From assembly GCA_040403945.1 (NCBI GenBank), contig JBBAJQ010000002.1:9300-73299 (forward strand): a DNA stretch of 64,000 bases, read 5' to 3'. Shown piece after piece: positions 28,490 to 38,597 of the stretch. Both the position numbers and the translations under genes were made by a program. The notes beneath the pieces were generated by a model. It was not told the DNA's origin. It searched no databases and saw nothing but the letters and a program-made list of their open reading frames with translations. This stretch comes from Sediminibacterium sp. (GTDB lineage: Bacteria; Bacteroidota; Bacteroidia; Chitinophagales; Chitinophagaceae). The stretch's first letter is position 1. The number at the start of each line of letters is the position of its first letter.

Positions 28490-29647
28490 ATGAAACCTAT
28501 ACGTTTGCTATTGAATAAAAAATTATTTGTAATAGGCATACTGTTTTTATTACTATTTATTCAACAACCCCTTTTGGCTGCCGGCCCACCGGTTCCATCG
28601 GAGATGAGTAATCCAATGGCCCAACTGTTGGTAGGGATTATTGTAGCCCTGTTGTTGGTTATTGTATTGCTGGCCTATGTTGTATTGGGGGCCGCTGAAT
28701 TATACCTAGAGCGTTATCAGGAAGCCAAAAAAGCCACCAAGGCATTACTGATTGCCGGTTTATTTCTCGGGGCTGCACCATTGCATGCCCAAGCCACCTC
28801 AGCCGTTAGCACCGAAATAGTAGCCAAACTATCCGACACCTCATTATACGCCCTTATTAGTGTTATTATTGTAGAGCTGGGCACCATCTTTTATTTGCTT
28901 ATCAATTTGCGCGCACTCCTTTCTAAGGAAAAAGAAGTTACCCCTAAAGCAAAGCCATCTTTTAGTTTTTCGGCCTGGTGGGAAAAGGTCAACCGCTTTA
29001 AGCCGGTACAAGAAGAGTCGAATATCGATTTGGGGCATGATTATGATGGTATTCGGGAACTAGACAATCGGCTGCCGCCCTGGTGGTTATATGGATTTTA
29101 TGCCTGTATTGTTTTCGCGGTGATTTATCTGTATCGTTTTCATGTATCGCATGCTGCACCCTCCAGCGAAGAAGAATATCAGTTGGCTGTAACCCAGGCA
29201 ACCGCCGACAAGGAAGCCTATCTGGCAAAAGCTGCTAACCTGGTAGATGAAAAGACAGTAGTTTATCAAACTTCGCCTGATTATTTAGCGGGCGGGCAAC
29301 AATTATTTTCTACAGCATGCTCTCCTTGTCACCTGGCAGATGGGGGCGGAAGTGTGGGGCCTAATTTAACAGACGACTACTGGATTCATGGAAATACAAT
29401 TCAGGATATTTTTAAAACCATCAAATATGGCTATCCGGAAAAGGGAATGAAAAGTTGGCAAGAAGATTATACACCCGCTCAAATGGCTCAAATGGCTAGC
29501 TATGTAAAATCTTTACAAGGAACGCATCCAGCTAAGCCCAAAGAACCCCAGGGGATATTGGTGGTGGATGCTGGAAAGGTAACTGCAGATAGTTCGCGGC
29601 CAGCCACAAATAGTGACAGTGCCGCGGGAAAGCCTTCCGTTCAATAA
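28490..29647 (+). CDS. ccoP: cbb3 oxidase subunit III (CcoP) with an extended membrane N-terminus
   Basis: DGIRELDNRLPPWW motif. I could find only one CxxCH (CSPCH). Confidence 0.8.
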   Translation: MKPIRLLLNKKLFVIGILFLLLFIQQPLLAAGPPVPSEMSNPMAQLLVGIIVALLLVIVLLAYVVLGAAELYLERYQEAKKATKALLIAGLFLGAAPLHAQATSAVSTEIVAKLSDTSLYALISVIIVELGTIFYLLINLRALLSKEKEVTPKAKPSFSFSAWWEKVNRFKPVQEESNIDLGHDYDGIRELDNRLPPWWLYGFYACIVFAVIYLYRFHVSHAAPSSEEEYQLAVTQATADKEAYLAKAANLVDEKTVVYQTSPDYLAGGQQLFSTACSPCHLADGGGSVGPNLTDDYWIHGNTIQDIFKTIKYGYPEKGMKSWQEDYTPAQMAQMASYVKSLQGTHPAKPKEPQGILVVDAGKVTADSSRPATNSDSAAGKPSVQ

Positions 29648-29669
29648 ACCATACGGAACAATAAGTATC

Positions 29670-31103
29670 ATGAGCCAGATTGTACATCATAATGAACCGG
29701 TAACCGAAAACTTTCGCGATAGAATTGCTACGGTAAGTGAAAGCGGTAAGCGCAATTGGATCTATGCTTATCAGCCTTCTGGCAAATTCTACCGGTTGAG
29801 AACAGCTTTAAGTATCCTATATTTTTTGGTGTTTTTTGGATTACCTTTTGTGCAAGTCAATGGACGTCCTCTATTTCAGTTTAATATTCCGCAGGCAAAA
29901 TTTATTTTGTTTGGTAAAATTTTTTGGCCCCAAGATTTTTTCATTTTCGGAATTACGATGATCACTTTTGTTTTTTTCATTATCCTCTTTACGGCTGCTT
30001 TTGGAAGATTATTTTGTGGTTGGGCCTGTCCGCAAACTAATTTTATGGAGATGATGTTTCGAAAAGTGGAATATTGGATTTTAGGGGACGCTCCGGCACA
30101 ACGACAATTGGCAGCCGCTCCGTGGACAACTCAAAAAATAGGCAAAGTATCTTTAAAGCATCTGGCTTTTTTTACACTGGCATTTATAATTGCTAATTTT
30201 TTTCTTGCCTATATCATTGGGATGAAGGAACTGGTAAAAATTATTACAGAACCTGTTTCTCAGCATACGGGAGGCTTTGTTGCTCTTTGTCTGTTTAGTG
30301 CCGTTTTTTATGCAGTGTATGCCTATTTTAGAGAACAGGCCTGCACGGTGGTTTGTCCTTACGGCCGCCTACAAAGTGTGTTGCTAGACAAGAACTCTAT
30401 GATTGTTGCGTATGATTATAAACGCGGCGAACCTCGAGGCCATCATCATAAAGGAGAGGAAACTACTCAACTGGGCGACTGTATTGATTGCCATCAATGT
30501 GTGAAAGTTTGTCCAACCGGTATTGATATCAGAAATGGCGTGCAGATGGAATGTGTTGGATGTACTGCATGCATTGATGCTTGTGATCATATCATGCTCA
30601 AGTTAGATAAGCCTACCGGTTTAATAAGGTATGCTTCTGAAAATACAATTGCCGAGGGCAAGCCGCTCCGCTATACTACTCGAATGAAGTTTTATACGGC
30701 ACTGTGTTCTTTGTTATTGTTGGTGTTGAGCTTTTTACTCTTTACCCGAAAGGATATAGATGTAACCATTATCAGAACAGCCGGTATGTTATACCAAGAA
30801 AGAGGGGTTGATAGCATTACCAATCTGTATAATGTTAAGTTGATTAACAAAACCACTCGCGAAGAAAAAGTTCATATCCGACTAGAAAATCAAGTCGGCC
30901 GCATCCAAATGATTGGCAAGGAAGAAATTACTATTCCGGTTGAGGGGCAGTCGTCCGCTTCCTTTTTTATTGTATTACCTGCACAGGCAATTGTAAATAG
31001 AAAAACGCCTATTCATATTCAAGTAGCACAGGGTAGTTCGGTGATTGCCGAAAAAACAACTAGCTTTTTGGGCCCAAGTAACGAGGAACATTCCGAAAAA
31101 TAA
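29670..31103 (+). CDS. ccoG: Cytochrome oxidase accessory 4Fe-4S protein CcoG
   Basis: CGWACPQ, CIDCHQCVKVCP and CVGCTACIDAC ferredoxin motifs. ATG at 29670. Confidence 0.85.
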   Translation: MSQIVHHNEPVTENFRDRIATVSESGKRNWIYAYQPSGKFYRLRTALSILYFLVFFGLPFVQVNGRPLFQFNIPQAKFILFGKIFWPQDFFIFGITMITFVFFIILFTAAFGRLFCGWACPQTNFMEMMFRKVEYWILGDAPAQRQLAAAPWTTQKIGKVSLKHLAFFTLAFIIANFFLAYIIGMKELVKIITEPVSQHTGGFVALCLFSAVFYAVYAYFREQACTVVCPYGRLQSVLLDKNSMIVAYDYKRGEPRGHHHKGEETTQLGDCIDCHQCVKVCPTGIDIRNGVQMECVGCTACIDACDHIMLKLDKPTGLIRYASENTIAEGKPLRYTTRMKFYTALCSLLLLVLSFLLFTRKDIDVTIIRTAGMLYQERGVDSITNLYNVKLINKTTREEKVHIRLENQVGRIQMIGKEEITIPVEGQSSASFFIVLPAQAIVNRKTPIHIQVAQGSSVIAEKTTSFLGPSNEEHSEK

Positions 31104-31115
31104 TACATTGCAATT

Positions 31116-31553
31116 ATGAACTGGGGAAGATCTCTAATATTGGTATTTGTTTTGTTTGCTGCTTTTATGGGATACCTAGTTTATAGGGCCTCGGGCACTC
31201 ATTTCGATTTGGTTTCTAAAGATTATTATAAAGATGAGTTAAGGTACCAAGATAAAATTGATGGCTTTCGGAATGCAGCTTCTATGGGTGCTGTTAACAT
31301 GTTGATAGATAGTTTAGGCAACTTGCAAATTCGTTTTCCCGATCAAATGCGTGGCAAAACAATGGAAGGCGATCTATGGTTATATTGTAAAACAGATGCC
31401 GCAAAAGATTTGCGCGTACCCTTATTGCCCGATACGGCTACCCTTCGTTTAATTAACGTTTCCGGAAGGCCCGCAGGAAAGTACTTGGCGAAGTTGCATT
31501 GGGTAGCGCTTCAGGTTCCCTACGAATACGAACAAGAAATTATTGTACCCTAA
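31116..31553 (+). CDS. ccoH: FixH-family protein
   Basis: N-terminal TM helix, about 145 aa, positioned after ccoG. Confidence 0.7.
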   Translation: MNWGRSLILVFVLFAAFMGYLVYRASGTHFDLVSKDYYKDELRYQDKIDGFRNAASMGAVNMLIDSLGNLQIRFPDQMRGKTMEGDLWLYCKTDAAKDLRVPLLPDTATLRLINVSGRPAGKYLAKLHWVALQVPYEYEQEIIVP

Positions 31554-32269
31554 TGCTTCCTTTATCTTTTTTTGCCGGGGCTTTACTATTAGGGGCGATT
31601 AGTAGTTTTCATTGTATAGGCATGTGTGGCCCCCTAGTGCTAAGTTTGCCCGTTGCTCATTTGCCCGCAGGTAAGCGGCATGCAGGATTATGGTTATATC
31701 ATGGAGGCCGGGTAGCAACTTATGCCTTCATTGGGCTGCTATTTGGCTTGGTAGGCAGGCAAATTTCGCTGGCAGGATGGCAACAAAGTTTTTCAATCTT
31801 GTTGGGCGCATTCCTGGTATTGTATTTTGTGTTTACCAGAATTTCAAAGCCATTCGCAGTGCCTCCCCTTTTTCTGCCGCTCCAGCAAAGGATACAACAA
31901 CTAATGGGTAGGTTTCTACAGCAACCTTCACTACCCTCGATGTTAGGGATGGGTATGGTAAATGGACTGCTGCCTTGTGGAATGGTATATGTGGCGGCCA
32001 CCGGTGCCATGGCTGCCGGGTCTATTTCTGGGGGACTGGCATTTATGCTTTGTTTTGGTTTGGCAACTGTGCCTGCTCTTTTTTTACTTACTATACTGGG
32101 TGCTTTTATTAGACCGGGGTTTAGGCAGCAGATGCGCAGTACCTTGGCCTATGGCACGTTGTTAATTGGTATATTATTGATTTTCAGGGGATTGAATATG
32201 AATATTCCGTTTCTAAGTCCCTACTTCCATGCCGGAACTTCCGGAACTGCCATTGATTGTGGTTACTGA
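31553..32269 (+). CDS. DsbD_2/TauE-like membrane protein of the cco cluster
   Basis: Six or more TM helices and a HCIGMCGP motif. Its ATG overlaps the ccoH TAA by 1 nt (TAATG). Confidence 0.65.
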   Translation: MLPLSFFAGALLLGAISSFHCIGMCGPLVLSLPVAHLPAGKRHAGLWLYHGGRVATYAFIGLLFGLVGRQISLAGWQQSFSILLGAFLVLYFVFTRISKPFAVPPLFLPLQQRIQQLMGRFLQQPSLPSMLGMGMVNGLLPCGMVYVAATGAMAAGSISGGLAFMLCFGLATVPALFLLTILGAFIRPGFRQQMRSTLAYGTLLIGILLIFRGLNMNIPFLSPYFHAGTSGTAIDCGY

Positions 32270-32423
32270 TTTAACAAATAATTGCTGAGCATTACCGCAA
32301 AAAACCGCATATATTATTGTAAATTGCTTAAGCAGCTAAAGGGGTGGTATTGGTATCTAACTTAAATAGCTGGCAATAAGCGATTAATTATTTTTTTTCT
32401 CATAAGCAGTTAGTTTTGGTTGC

Positions 32424-32453
32424 GGTCCCGATTTTTATCGGGACCAATTTTTT
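32424..32453 (+). terminator. Rho-independent terminator closing the cco operon
   Basis: GGTCCCGAT-TTTT-ATCGGGACC followed by AATTTTTT. Confidence 0.65.
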
Positions 32454-32457
32454 ACCC

Positions 32458-32862
32458 CTACTGCAATGCATATTTTTTGCCCAACCACAACGCTAGCGTG
32501 CATCCGGCAATATCGGCCAGAATATCACCCAATTCAAAGGCGCGATTAAGTACGTAATATTTTTGAACAAATTCCATGGCAATTCCATAGCAGGCTGCCG
32601 ATATTGCAATCAGCCAAAACCATTTCAGTCGGTTAGCCGGGGATAGGGTAGTATATCTGAAAGGCCAGATAAATAAGCAGCAGAGAACAGCAAAGAGAAA
32701 GATATGCACCCATTTGTCAACCTGTAGCATTTCCATCCATGGATAAGCGGGAACCTTAGACCCGGGCAATGTAAGCAACCCATAGCTTAACAGCCACCAA
32801 ATGATTGCCGGAATAAAGCGAAGCCAGCCAAGAGGTGCGGGTGAATGCAGCGGCGTATTCAT
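32458..32862 (-). CDS. VanZ-family membrane protein
   Basis: Four TM helices and DKWVH...EFVQ...R.F...D motifs. The ATG lies 1 nt after the gcvH stop codon. Confidence 0.65.
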   Translation of the reverse strand: MNTPLHSPAPLGWLRFIPAIIWWLLSYGLLTLPGSKVPAYPWMEMLQVDKWVHIFLFAVLCCLFIWPFRYTTLSPANRLKWFWLIAISAACYGIAMEFVQKYYVLNRAFELGDILADIAGCTLALWLGKKYALQ

Positions 32863-32863
32863 A

Positions 32864-33241
32864 CTATCCCACCAATGCACTATAAGCGGCGCTATCCATC
32901 AAAGCTTCCGCTGAAGTGGCGTCTGCCACGGTAATTTTAATCATCCACCCGTCTCCATAGGGGTCTGAGTTTACCAGCTCGGGTTGTTTTTCTAGCAGTG
33001 GGTTCACGATCAGTATGGTGCCGGCAACCGGAAGAAACAAGTCGCTAACCGTTTTTACAGCTTCAACAGTTCCGAAAACCTCATCTGCTGCCAAGGATTT
33101 TCCAACGGTAGAAATATCAACATATACGATATCCCCCAATTGGTGCTGGGCAAAATCTGTAATGCCAATGGTGGCTTCAGATCCACTGATGCGGACCCAC
33201 TCATGTTCTTTGGTATAACGGAGATCGGCGGGATAATTCAT
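32864..33241 (-). CDS. gcvH: Glycine cleavage system protein H
   Basis: YTKEHEWV...VEAVKTVSDL lipoyl-lysine motif. Confidence 0.9.
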   Translation of the reverse strand: MNYPADLRYTKEHEWVRISGSEATIGITDFAQHQLGDIVYVDISTVGKSLAADEVFGTVEAVKTVSDLFLPVAGTILIVNPLLEKQPELVNSDPYGDGWMIKITVADATSAEALMDSAAYSALVG

Positions 33242-33301
33242 ACAAATAATTTATTGTTTGCAAATATTGGATAAAAATCAATGCTACGTGCTTTTTGCGC
33301 C

Positions 33302-33649
33302 CTAAAAATCCTGCGCATCAAAATATAATAATACGTGGTCGCGAATAAAATTTTCCTGCTCGTGAAGCGATAGAACCGGTAGTTCTTTTAACTGGGTAAA
33401 ATGGGGCCAACCCTCTTCGTCTTTTCCATCAAGCTGGTAATAGCCGCTGCTCTGTAAAATCCGGCACATGGCCACATGCATTAGGTCTTGTTTTTGCTCT
33501 TTGCTGATATTTTGGGTGATATAGCCGGTTTCCTGCAGGCCAATTAAAAATAAAATAGCTTCCAAATCGGGCTTTTTCCCGAATCTTTCCACTAACCTGG
33601 CTTCTAGGTTCCACCAGCGCTGTTGAATATCATCTTGCATAATTGCCAT
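33302..33649 (-). CDS. Hypothetical cytoplasmic protein
   Basis: Clean ORF with no family I recognise. The start is ATG 33649 (6 nt after a -7 box) or ATG 33640. Confidence 0.45.
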   Translation of the reverse strand: MAIMQDDIQQRWWNLEARLVERFGKKPDLEAILFLIGLQETGYITQNISKEQKQDLMHVAMCRILQSSGYYQLDGKDEEGWPHFTQLKELPVLSLHEQENFIRDHVLLYFDAQDF

Positions 33650-33690
33650 AGCACACAAAGGTAATCCGCCCTTCTTCAACCTGCAAAAGT

Positions 33691-33698
33691 TATCTTTG
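33691..33698 (+). promoter_or_regulatory. -7 box TATCTTTG for serS
   Basis: Lies 18 nt upstream of ATG 33717. Confidence 0.45.
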
Positions 33699-33716
33699 CA
33701 AAAAAATTGGCTTTAT

Positions 33717-34994
33717 ATGTTACAGGTGAGTGTACTGAGAAATGATCCGCAATGGGCGAAAGAGCGGCTAATCCTGAAGGGATTTTCTCAACCCGAATTG
33801 GTAGATACCATTATATCGCTGGATGATCAACGGAAGAAAACGCAAAATGAGTTTGACCATAATCAATCGCAGGTAAATCAGGCCTCTAAACAAATTGGGG
33901 GACTGATGGCGAAAGGACAAACCTCCGAAGCGGAAGCGCTGAAAGCTACGGTAGCACAGCTGAAAAATACGCTGGAGCCCCTGAAGGAATCTATGCAGCT
34001 AATAGAAAAGCAATTGCACGATGCCCTAGTTTTACTTCCCAATCTCCCGGGCGAAGTAGTACCTGCCGGCAAGTCTGCCGAAGATAATGTGGTGGTTAGA
34101 GAGGGCGGTGTTCGTAAGGTGTTACCCCCCGATGCGCAGCCCCATTGGGAGTTGATTAATCAATATCGTTTAGTAGATTTTGAAACCGGCGCCAAAATTA
34201 CCGGCAGGGGTTTCCCGCTGTATATAGGTAAGGGAGCAAAACTGCAGCGAAGCTTGGTTCAGTATTTTCTCGACTTTAACACGGCTGCCGGCTATACCGA
34301 ATACATCCCCCCATTTATGGTAAACGAAGCCAGTGCCTTTGCTACAGGCCAATTACCCGATAAGGAAGGACAGATGTATTTTATGGAAGCTGATCAGTTT
34401 TATCTGATACCTACGGCCGAAGTGCCGGTTACCAATATTTACAGAGATACCATAGTTAAAGAAGAGGAGCTGCCTATTAAAATGACGGCCTATTCGCCTT
34501 GTTTTAGAAGAGAAGCTGGAAGTTTTGGCAAAGATGTGCGGGGGTTAAATAGGGTACATCAATTTGAAAAGGTAGAGATTATTCAACTAGTAGCTCCATC
34601 TATTAGTTATCAGGTATTAGATGAGATGGTAGCACATGTAGAAAAACTGGTGCAATCTCTCGAGCTGCCTTACCGGATACTTCGCTTATGTGGGGGTGAT
34701 ATGGGATTTGCCAGTGCACTTACCTACGACTTTGAAGTGTTTAGTGCTGCACAGGAACGTTGGCTAGAAGTAAGTAGTGTAAGCAACTTCGAAAGTTTTC
34801 AAACCAATCGCCTGAAGTGTCGTTATAAAGACAGTCAGGGCAAAATGCAATTCACACATTCGCTTAATGGCAGTTCATTAGCCCTACCCCGAATTCTTGC
34901 TTGTTTATTAGAGAATCACCAAACAGAATCGGGCATCGAAATTCCTAAAGTTTTACAGCCCTATTTTGGTCAAGAAAAAATTATGCTCCCTTAA
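33717..34994 (+). CDS. serS: Seryl-tRNA synthetase
   Basis: MLQVSVLRN..., an N-terminal coiled-coil arm and class II motifs (FRRE.., GSSLA.PR). Confidence 0.9.
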   Translation: MLQVSVLRNDPQWAKERLILKGFSQPELVDTIISLDDQRKKTQNEFDHNQSQVNQASKQIGGLMAKGQTSEAEALKATVAQLKNTLEPLKESMQLIEKQLHDALVLLPNLPGEVVPAGKSAEDNVVVREGGVRKVLPPDAQPHWELINQYRLVDFETGAKITGRGFPLYIGKGAKLQRSLVQYFLDFNTAAGYTEYIPPFMVNEASAFATGQLPDKEGQMYFMEADQFYLIPTAEVPVTNIYRDTIVKEEELPIKMTAYSPCFRREAGSFGKDVRGLNRVHQFEKVEIIQLVAPSISYQVLDEMVAHVEKLVQSLELPYRILRLCGGDMGFASALTYDFEVFSAAQERWLEVSSVSNFESFQTNRLKCRYKDSQGKMQFTHSLNGSSLALPRILACLLENHQTESGIEIPKVLQPYFGQEKIMLP

Positions 34995-35008
34995 TTAAAT
35001 CAATCCAT

Positions 35009-35959
35009 ATGTTTTCTAAATGGCTGCGTAGGCTTGGGTATCTGCTGCTGACAATTTTTGTATTGCTGAATGTGATGATGGCCAGTCAAGCCTATCACCT
35101 TACCCATTTTTTTGATAATGTGCCCAAGCCTCCCAAGGCAGAAGAAATGGGCATGGGGGCAAAAACTAAAGCGATTTTATTTGGAGTAAGTTATCCCAAA
35201 TCAAAAGTGGTGGATAGCTTATCTATACCCCATGATACCCTTCGTATACAGGCAGAAGACGGATTGCAATTAGAAAGCTGGTATGTACATAATGATACGG
35301 CTGCTATAAAAGGTACGGTGCTGATGTTTCATGGGCATGGCAGTAATAAAAGCGCTGTTCTACGGGAGGCGAAGGCATTCTTCGGTATGGGCTGGAATGT
35401 TTTGTTAACCGATTTTAGGGCACATGGCAATAGTGCGGGAGAAGTTTGCACGATAGGTGCCAACGAAGCCAAAGATATTAAAGCCGTTTATGAATATGCC
35501 CGTGAAAAATTACAGGAAAAGAATATAGTTATCTGGGGGATATCTCTTGGTGCGTCCACCACCTTGCATGCAATGGCTCAATATAATATTAAACCCAATC
35601 GGGTGATTCTAGAAATGCCCTTTGCTACCTTACATGATGCTGTTAAAGGTCGGTTACGGATGATGCATTTGCCGGCAGAACCATTGGCTAGCTTACTAAC
35701 TTTCTGGGGAGGAGTAGAGCAAGGGTTTTGGGCATTTAACCTGCAACCTGCCGAAGATGCACATGCGGTTAGCTGCCCGGTTTTGTTGCAATGGGGCTTT
35801 AATGATCCCCGGGTTACCGAGGCCGAAACAGATAAAATTTTTGCTAATCTGGCTACGAACCAGAGAACCCTGATGAAATATTATCAGAGCGGCCACGAAA
35901 GTTTACTTAAGAAAGAACCGGAAAAATGGAAATCGGTGGTAGGAGAATTTTTACGTTGA
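35009..35959 (+). CDS. Alpha/beta hydrolase with an N-terminal membrane anchor
   Basis: GISLGAS nucleophile elbow, then Asp and His further downstream. Confidence 0.7.
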   Translation: MFSKWLRRLGYLLLTIFVLLNVMMASQAYHLTHFFDNVPKPPKAEEMGMGAKTKAILFGVSYPKSKVVDSLSIPHDTLRIQAEDGLQLESWYVHNDTAAIKGTVLMFHGHGSNKSAVLREAKAFFGMGWNVLLTDFRAHGNSAGEVCTIGANEAKDIKAVYEYAREKLQEKNIVIWGISLGASTTLHAMAQYNIKPNRVILEMPFATLHDAVKGRLRMMHLPAEPLASLLTFWGGVEQGFWAFNLQPAEDAHAVSCPVLLQWGFNDPRVTEAETDKIFANLATNQRTLMKYYQSGHESLLKKEPEKWKSVVGEFLR

Positions 35960-35968
35960 AAGTGGGGT

Positions 35969-35998
35969 AAAAAAAAGCACCCTCTAGACAGAGGGCGC
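35969..35998 (-). terminator. Terminator downstream of the beta-barrel gene (bidirectional geometry)
   Basis: A-run followed by the CCCTCT-AGAC-AGAGGG stem. On the minus strand the stem is followed by TTTTTTTT. Confidence 0.55.
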
Positions 35999-36021
35999 GT
36001 AACTACACAAGAAAAAGAAGA

Positions 36022-36891
36022 TTACCAACTGCTGAAGCGGATACCAATTGTGTAAGGATATTGCTCCATGCGGGTATATGTTTTTTGTAATTGATTTATA
36101 CTATACGAGCCATACAATCTCACCGGGCCCAATCCTATTTCTCCGATTGCCGCCAGTCTCCATGGCTCCAGTGCTAAATCTCCCTTATATTTTTGTTTGC
36201 CCCTTTCACCACTAATTTGCTTATTGCGGCTGGCCAATAGATAGCCGGCACTCATCCCGACACTCATAATTAATCCTCTACGTGAACCCGGGCGGGTGTT
36301 GATATTAATCATCAGTGGCACAGTAATATAGCCGGCATATAATTTATTCTTAGTAAAACTAATTGAGTCATTAAACGCCATCGGAGCAGGAGAATTACGG
36401 AAACTGATACGGGAATCATATCGGAAGTTATACATCTCCAGCCCCAATCCATACTTCAGATTCAACACATTCTTACTCAGGCTAGCCCGTTGCATAAAAA
36501 GCCAGATATTTACGTTGCTCGATTTGCCGGTATTTAAAGTAGTAGTACCCTCATTTACCGCCGGATCGCCTGGGCGCATTATTTTCAAGTAGTTGCCTGC
36601 TTGGGCATACGAATAGTTGGTAAGGTCTCGATAGTTGGCAAAACCCAAATCAAAAATCAGCCAGTTGGTAGAAACGGATTTATTCTTTTTAGCAGAACGA
36701 CTAACCCAGATCTGGTTATAATTTCCCCCAGAATTATTGGTTGTTTTATTTCCGTTGTTTCCATCCAGCAAGATGGTAAAACCCCCTATCTGTAGGGTAT
36801 CTGATTGTTTGGTTGTGCTGTCTGTTTGTGCTTCAACTGAGGTTGCCAGTAATACGAGTAAAGCAAATAGCCAGTTCTTCTTCATTTTCAT
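36022..36891 (-). CDS. Outer-membrane beta-barrel protein (PorT-like), last gene of the ECF module
   Basis: Signal peptide, alternating beta pattern and C-terminal ...GIRFSSW. Confidence 0.55.
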   Translation of the reverse strand: MKMKKNWLFALLVLLATSVEAQTDSTTKQSDTLQIGGFTILLDGNNGNKTTNNSGGNYNQIWVSRSAKKNKSVSTNWLIFDLGFANYRDLTNYSYAQAGNYLKIMRPGDPAVNEGTTTLNTGKSSNVNIWLFMQRASLSKNVLNLKYGLGLEMYNFRYDSRISFRNSPAPMAFNDSISFTKNKLYAGYITVPLMININTRPGSRRGLIMSVGMSAGYLLASRNKQISGERGKQKYKGDLALEPWRLAAIGEIGLGPVRLYGSYSINQLQKTYTRMEQYPYTIGIRFSSW

Positions 36892-36906
36892 ATATCAATT
36901 ATAAGG

Positions 36907-37944
36907 TTACAGTGGTTGAGCTACAGATACTACTTTGTAATCCCGGTTATCAACTGTTCGGTTTCCGGTTCTTTTTAGAAAGGCCTCTGCTTTGCGCATA
37001 ATTCCCCTAAAACGGCCCTCCCGCAATTCCAGCGCTCCGATGGTTATAGTCTCTCTTTCGCTTTCTGTATTCAACTCCCGATATACTACCGGCTGTGCCA
37101 AGTTAGGCAACCCGGGGTCAGCATTGGTAGGTTTATTTACCGAAAGGTTATTTATCGGATTTGATGGTATTTCCTGATTAATTACCGCCGGAGGCACCCT
37201 GGTTTCTGTGGATGCGATTATAGCTTCATTACCTTTATTAGTGGCAGAAACTGGTGGAGTATTTGCAGCAATAGGATCCTGCTTAGCTGCTTCTTCTCCG
37301 GTACTTACCTGCGTGGAGATAGGAAGCGATTCTCCGGTTTTAGCAGAAATATTGGGTTGAGTTATTGGTGAGGTGGCAGTACTTTTTTCTGCATCTGTTT
37401 GACTGGGTGGCTGGATGGACTCTTTCACCACCTGTTCTGTATTATTAGCCGGTTGCAAGGGCTTATCGGTGAACAAAGGCCAGCAAAGTACCGCAATCAA
37501 AACGGCCGCAGCTATACTTGCCATCCAGCGCATTGCTATTACCCGACGTTGGCGAGGGATTTGATAAAGCAATTCTTTATCTGGACAAGCAACCGTAGTA
37601 GGTTCTAGCACAAGGCTGCGCAGTTCTTTTATCAGTTGCGTGCCCGTAGCATCAAAACTTAAACATTCTTCCGTTGCGGTTCGATTGGCCATAGAAAGTT
37701 CTCCATCAATATACAGCCAAGCCTGTTCTTCGGAAATGGTTTCGGTTAGAGGCTGCAACAAAGAGGCTTTATCTAAAAACGGAATGGCATCCTCCTGTAG
37801 TTTCAATTGTTGCCATTGCTTCCATTCGGATAGCAAATCGGGATTTTCTTCTAAAAAGGTATCGAATGCCCCTATTTCGGCAGGCGATAATTCGCCATCC
37901 GCATACAGCATACAATACATTTCAAAATTATCCCGGTTAATCAT
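36907..37944 (-). CDS. Anti-sigma factor (single-pass membrane protein)
   Basis: N-terminal Y.DGELS..E...F segment, a central TM helix and a Pro/Thr/Ala-rich outer part. It lies directly after the ECF sigma gene. Confidence 0.6.
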   Translation of the reverse strand: MINRDNFEMYCMLYADGELSPAEIGAFDTFLEENPDLLSEWKQWQQLKLQEDAIPFLDKASLLQPLTETISEEQAWLYIDGELSMANRTATEECLSFDATGTQLIKELRSLVLEPTTVACPDKELLYQIPRQRRVIAMRWMASIAAAVLIAVLCWPLFTDKPLQPANNTEQVVKESIQPPSQTDAEKSTATSPITQPNISAKTGESLPISTQVSTGEEAAKQDPIAANTPPVSATNKGNEAIIASTETRVPPAVINQEIPSNPINNLSVNKPTNADPGLPNLAQPVVYRELNTESERETITIGALELREGRFRGIMRKAEAFLKRTGNRTVDNRDYKVVSVAQPL

Positions 37945-37958
37945 TGCTAACTATTCGT

Positions 37959-38447
37959 TTAGTTCATTACTTCTTCTACACTTATTAAAATACTGCGCAG
38001 GGTATGCCTGGCTCGGTGAAGATATACTTTCACCTGACTGGCATTCAAGCCTGTGATAACCCCAATTTCTTCATAACTATACCCCTCATAGTCTTTTAGT
38101 AATACCAGACTTCTCTGCACTTCATTCAGTTGTTGCAGGGCATCCTGTAGTTTTTCTTGCAGTGCCTTTTTTTCGAACAGGGAGGCAGTAGCTGCTTCCG
38201 GCACATCCTCTGAATGGGCACTCCGGTTCTTTTTTCTAACCCAATCGATTAGCTGATGATAGGCAACCGTAAATAACCATGATTTTGCCTGCGGCAACTC
38301 TATGGTATCTCGATGTTTCCAAAGTTTTTCAAAGCTGGTTTGTACGATATCGCGGGCATCTTCGGAGTTTCGAATATTCTTTACAACAAACCGATACACA
38401 TTATCTGCATACTGGTTAACCATTTCATTATATTCCTTCTCCGACAT
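37959..38447 (-). CDS. ECF-type RNA polymerase sigma-70 factor
   Basis: Region 2 (DIVQTSFEKLW) and region 4 (YEEIGVITGLNASQVKVYLHRAR) are present. Confidence 0.85.
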   Translation of the reverse strand: MSEKEYNEMVNQYADNVYRFVVKNIRNSEDARDIVQTSFEKLWKHRDTIELPQAKSWLFTVAYHQLIDWVRKKNRSAHSEDVPEAATASLFEKKALQEKLQDALQQLNEVQRSLVLLKDYEGYSYEEIGVITGLNASQVKVYLHRARHTLRSILISVEEVMN

Positions 38448-38597
38448 ACAGGCTGTTGCGTTTTGGTATAGGTAATACGATGGCGGGGAGTAAAAGTTAC
38501 ATCAACAACTACAAATTGTATTAAAATACCCTGCCTACCAACCCTTTCGGGTATAGGCGGCAGTATACCGGGGTAAACGGAACCTTTTTAGAAAGGG

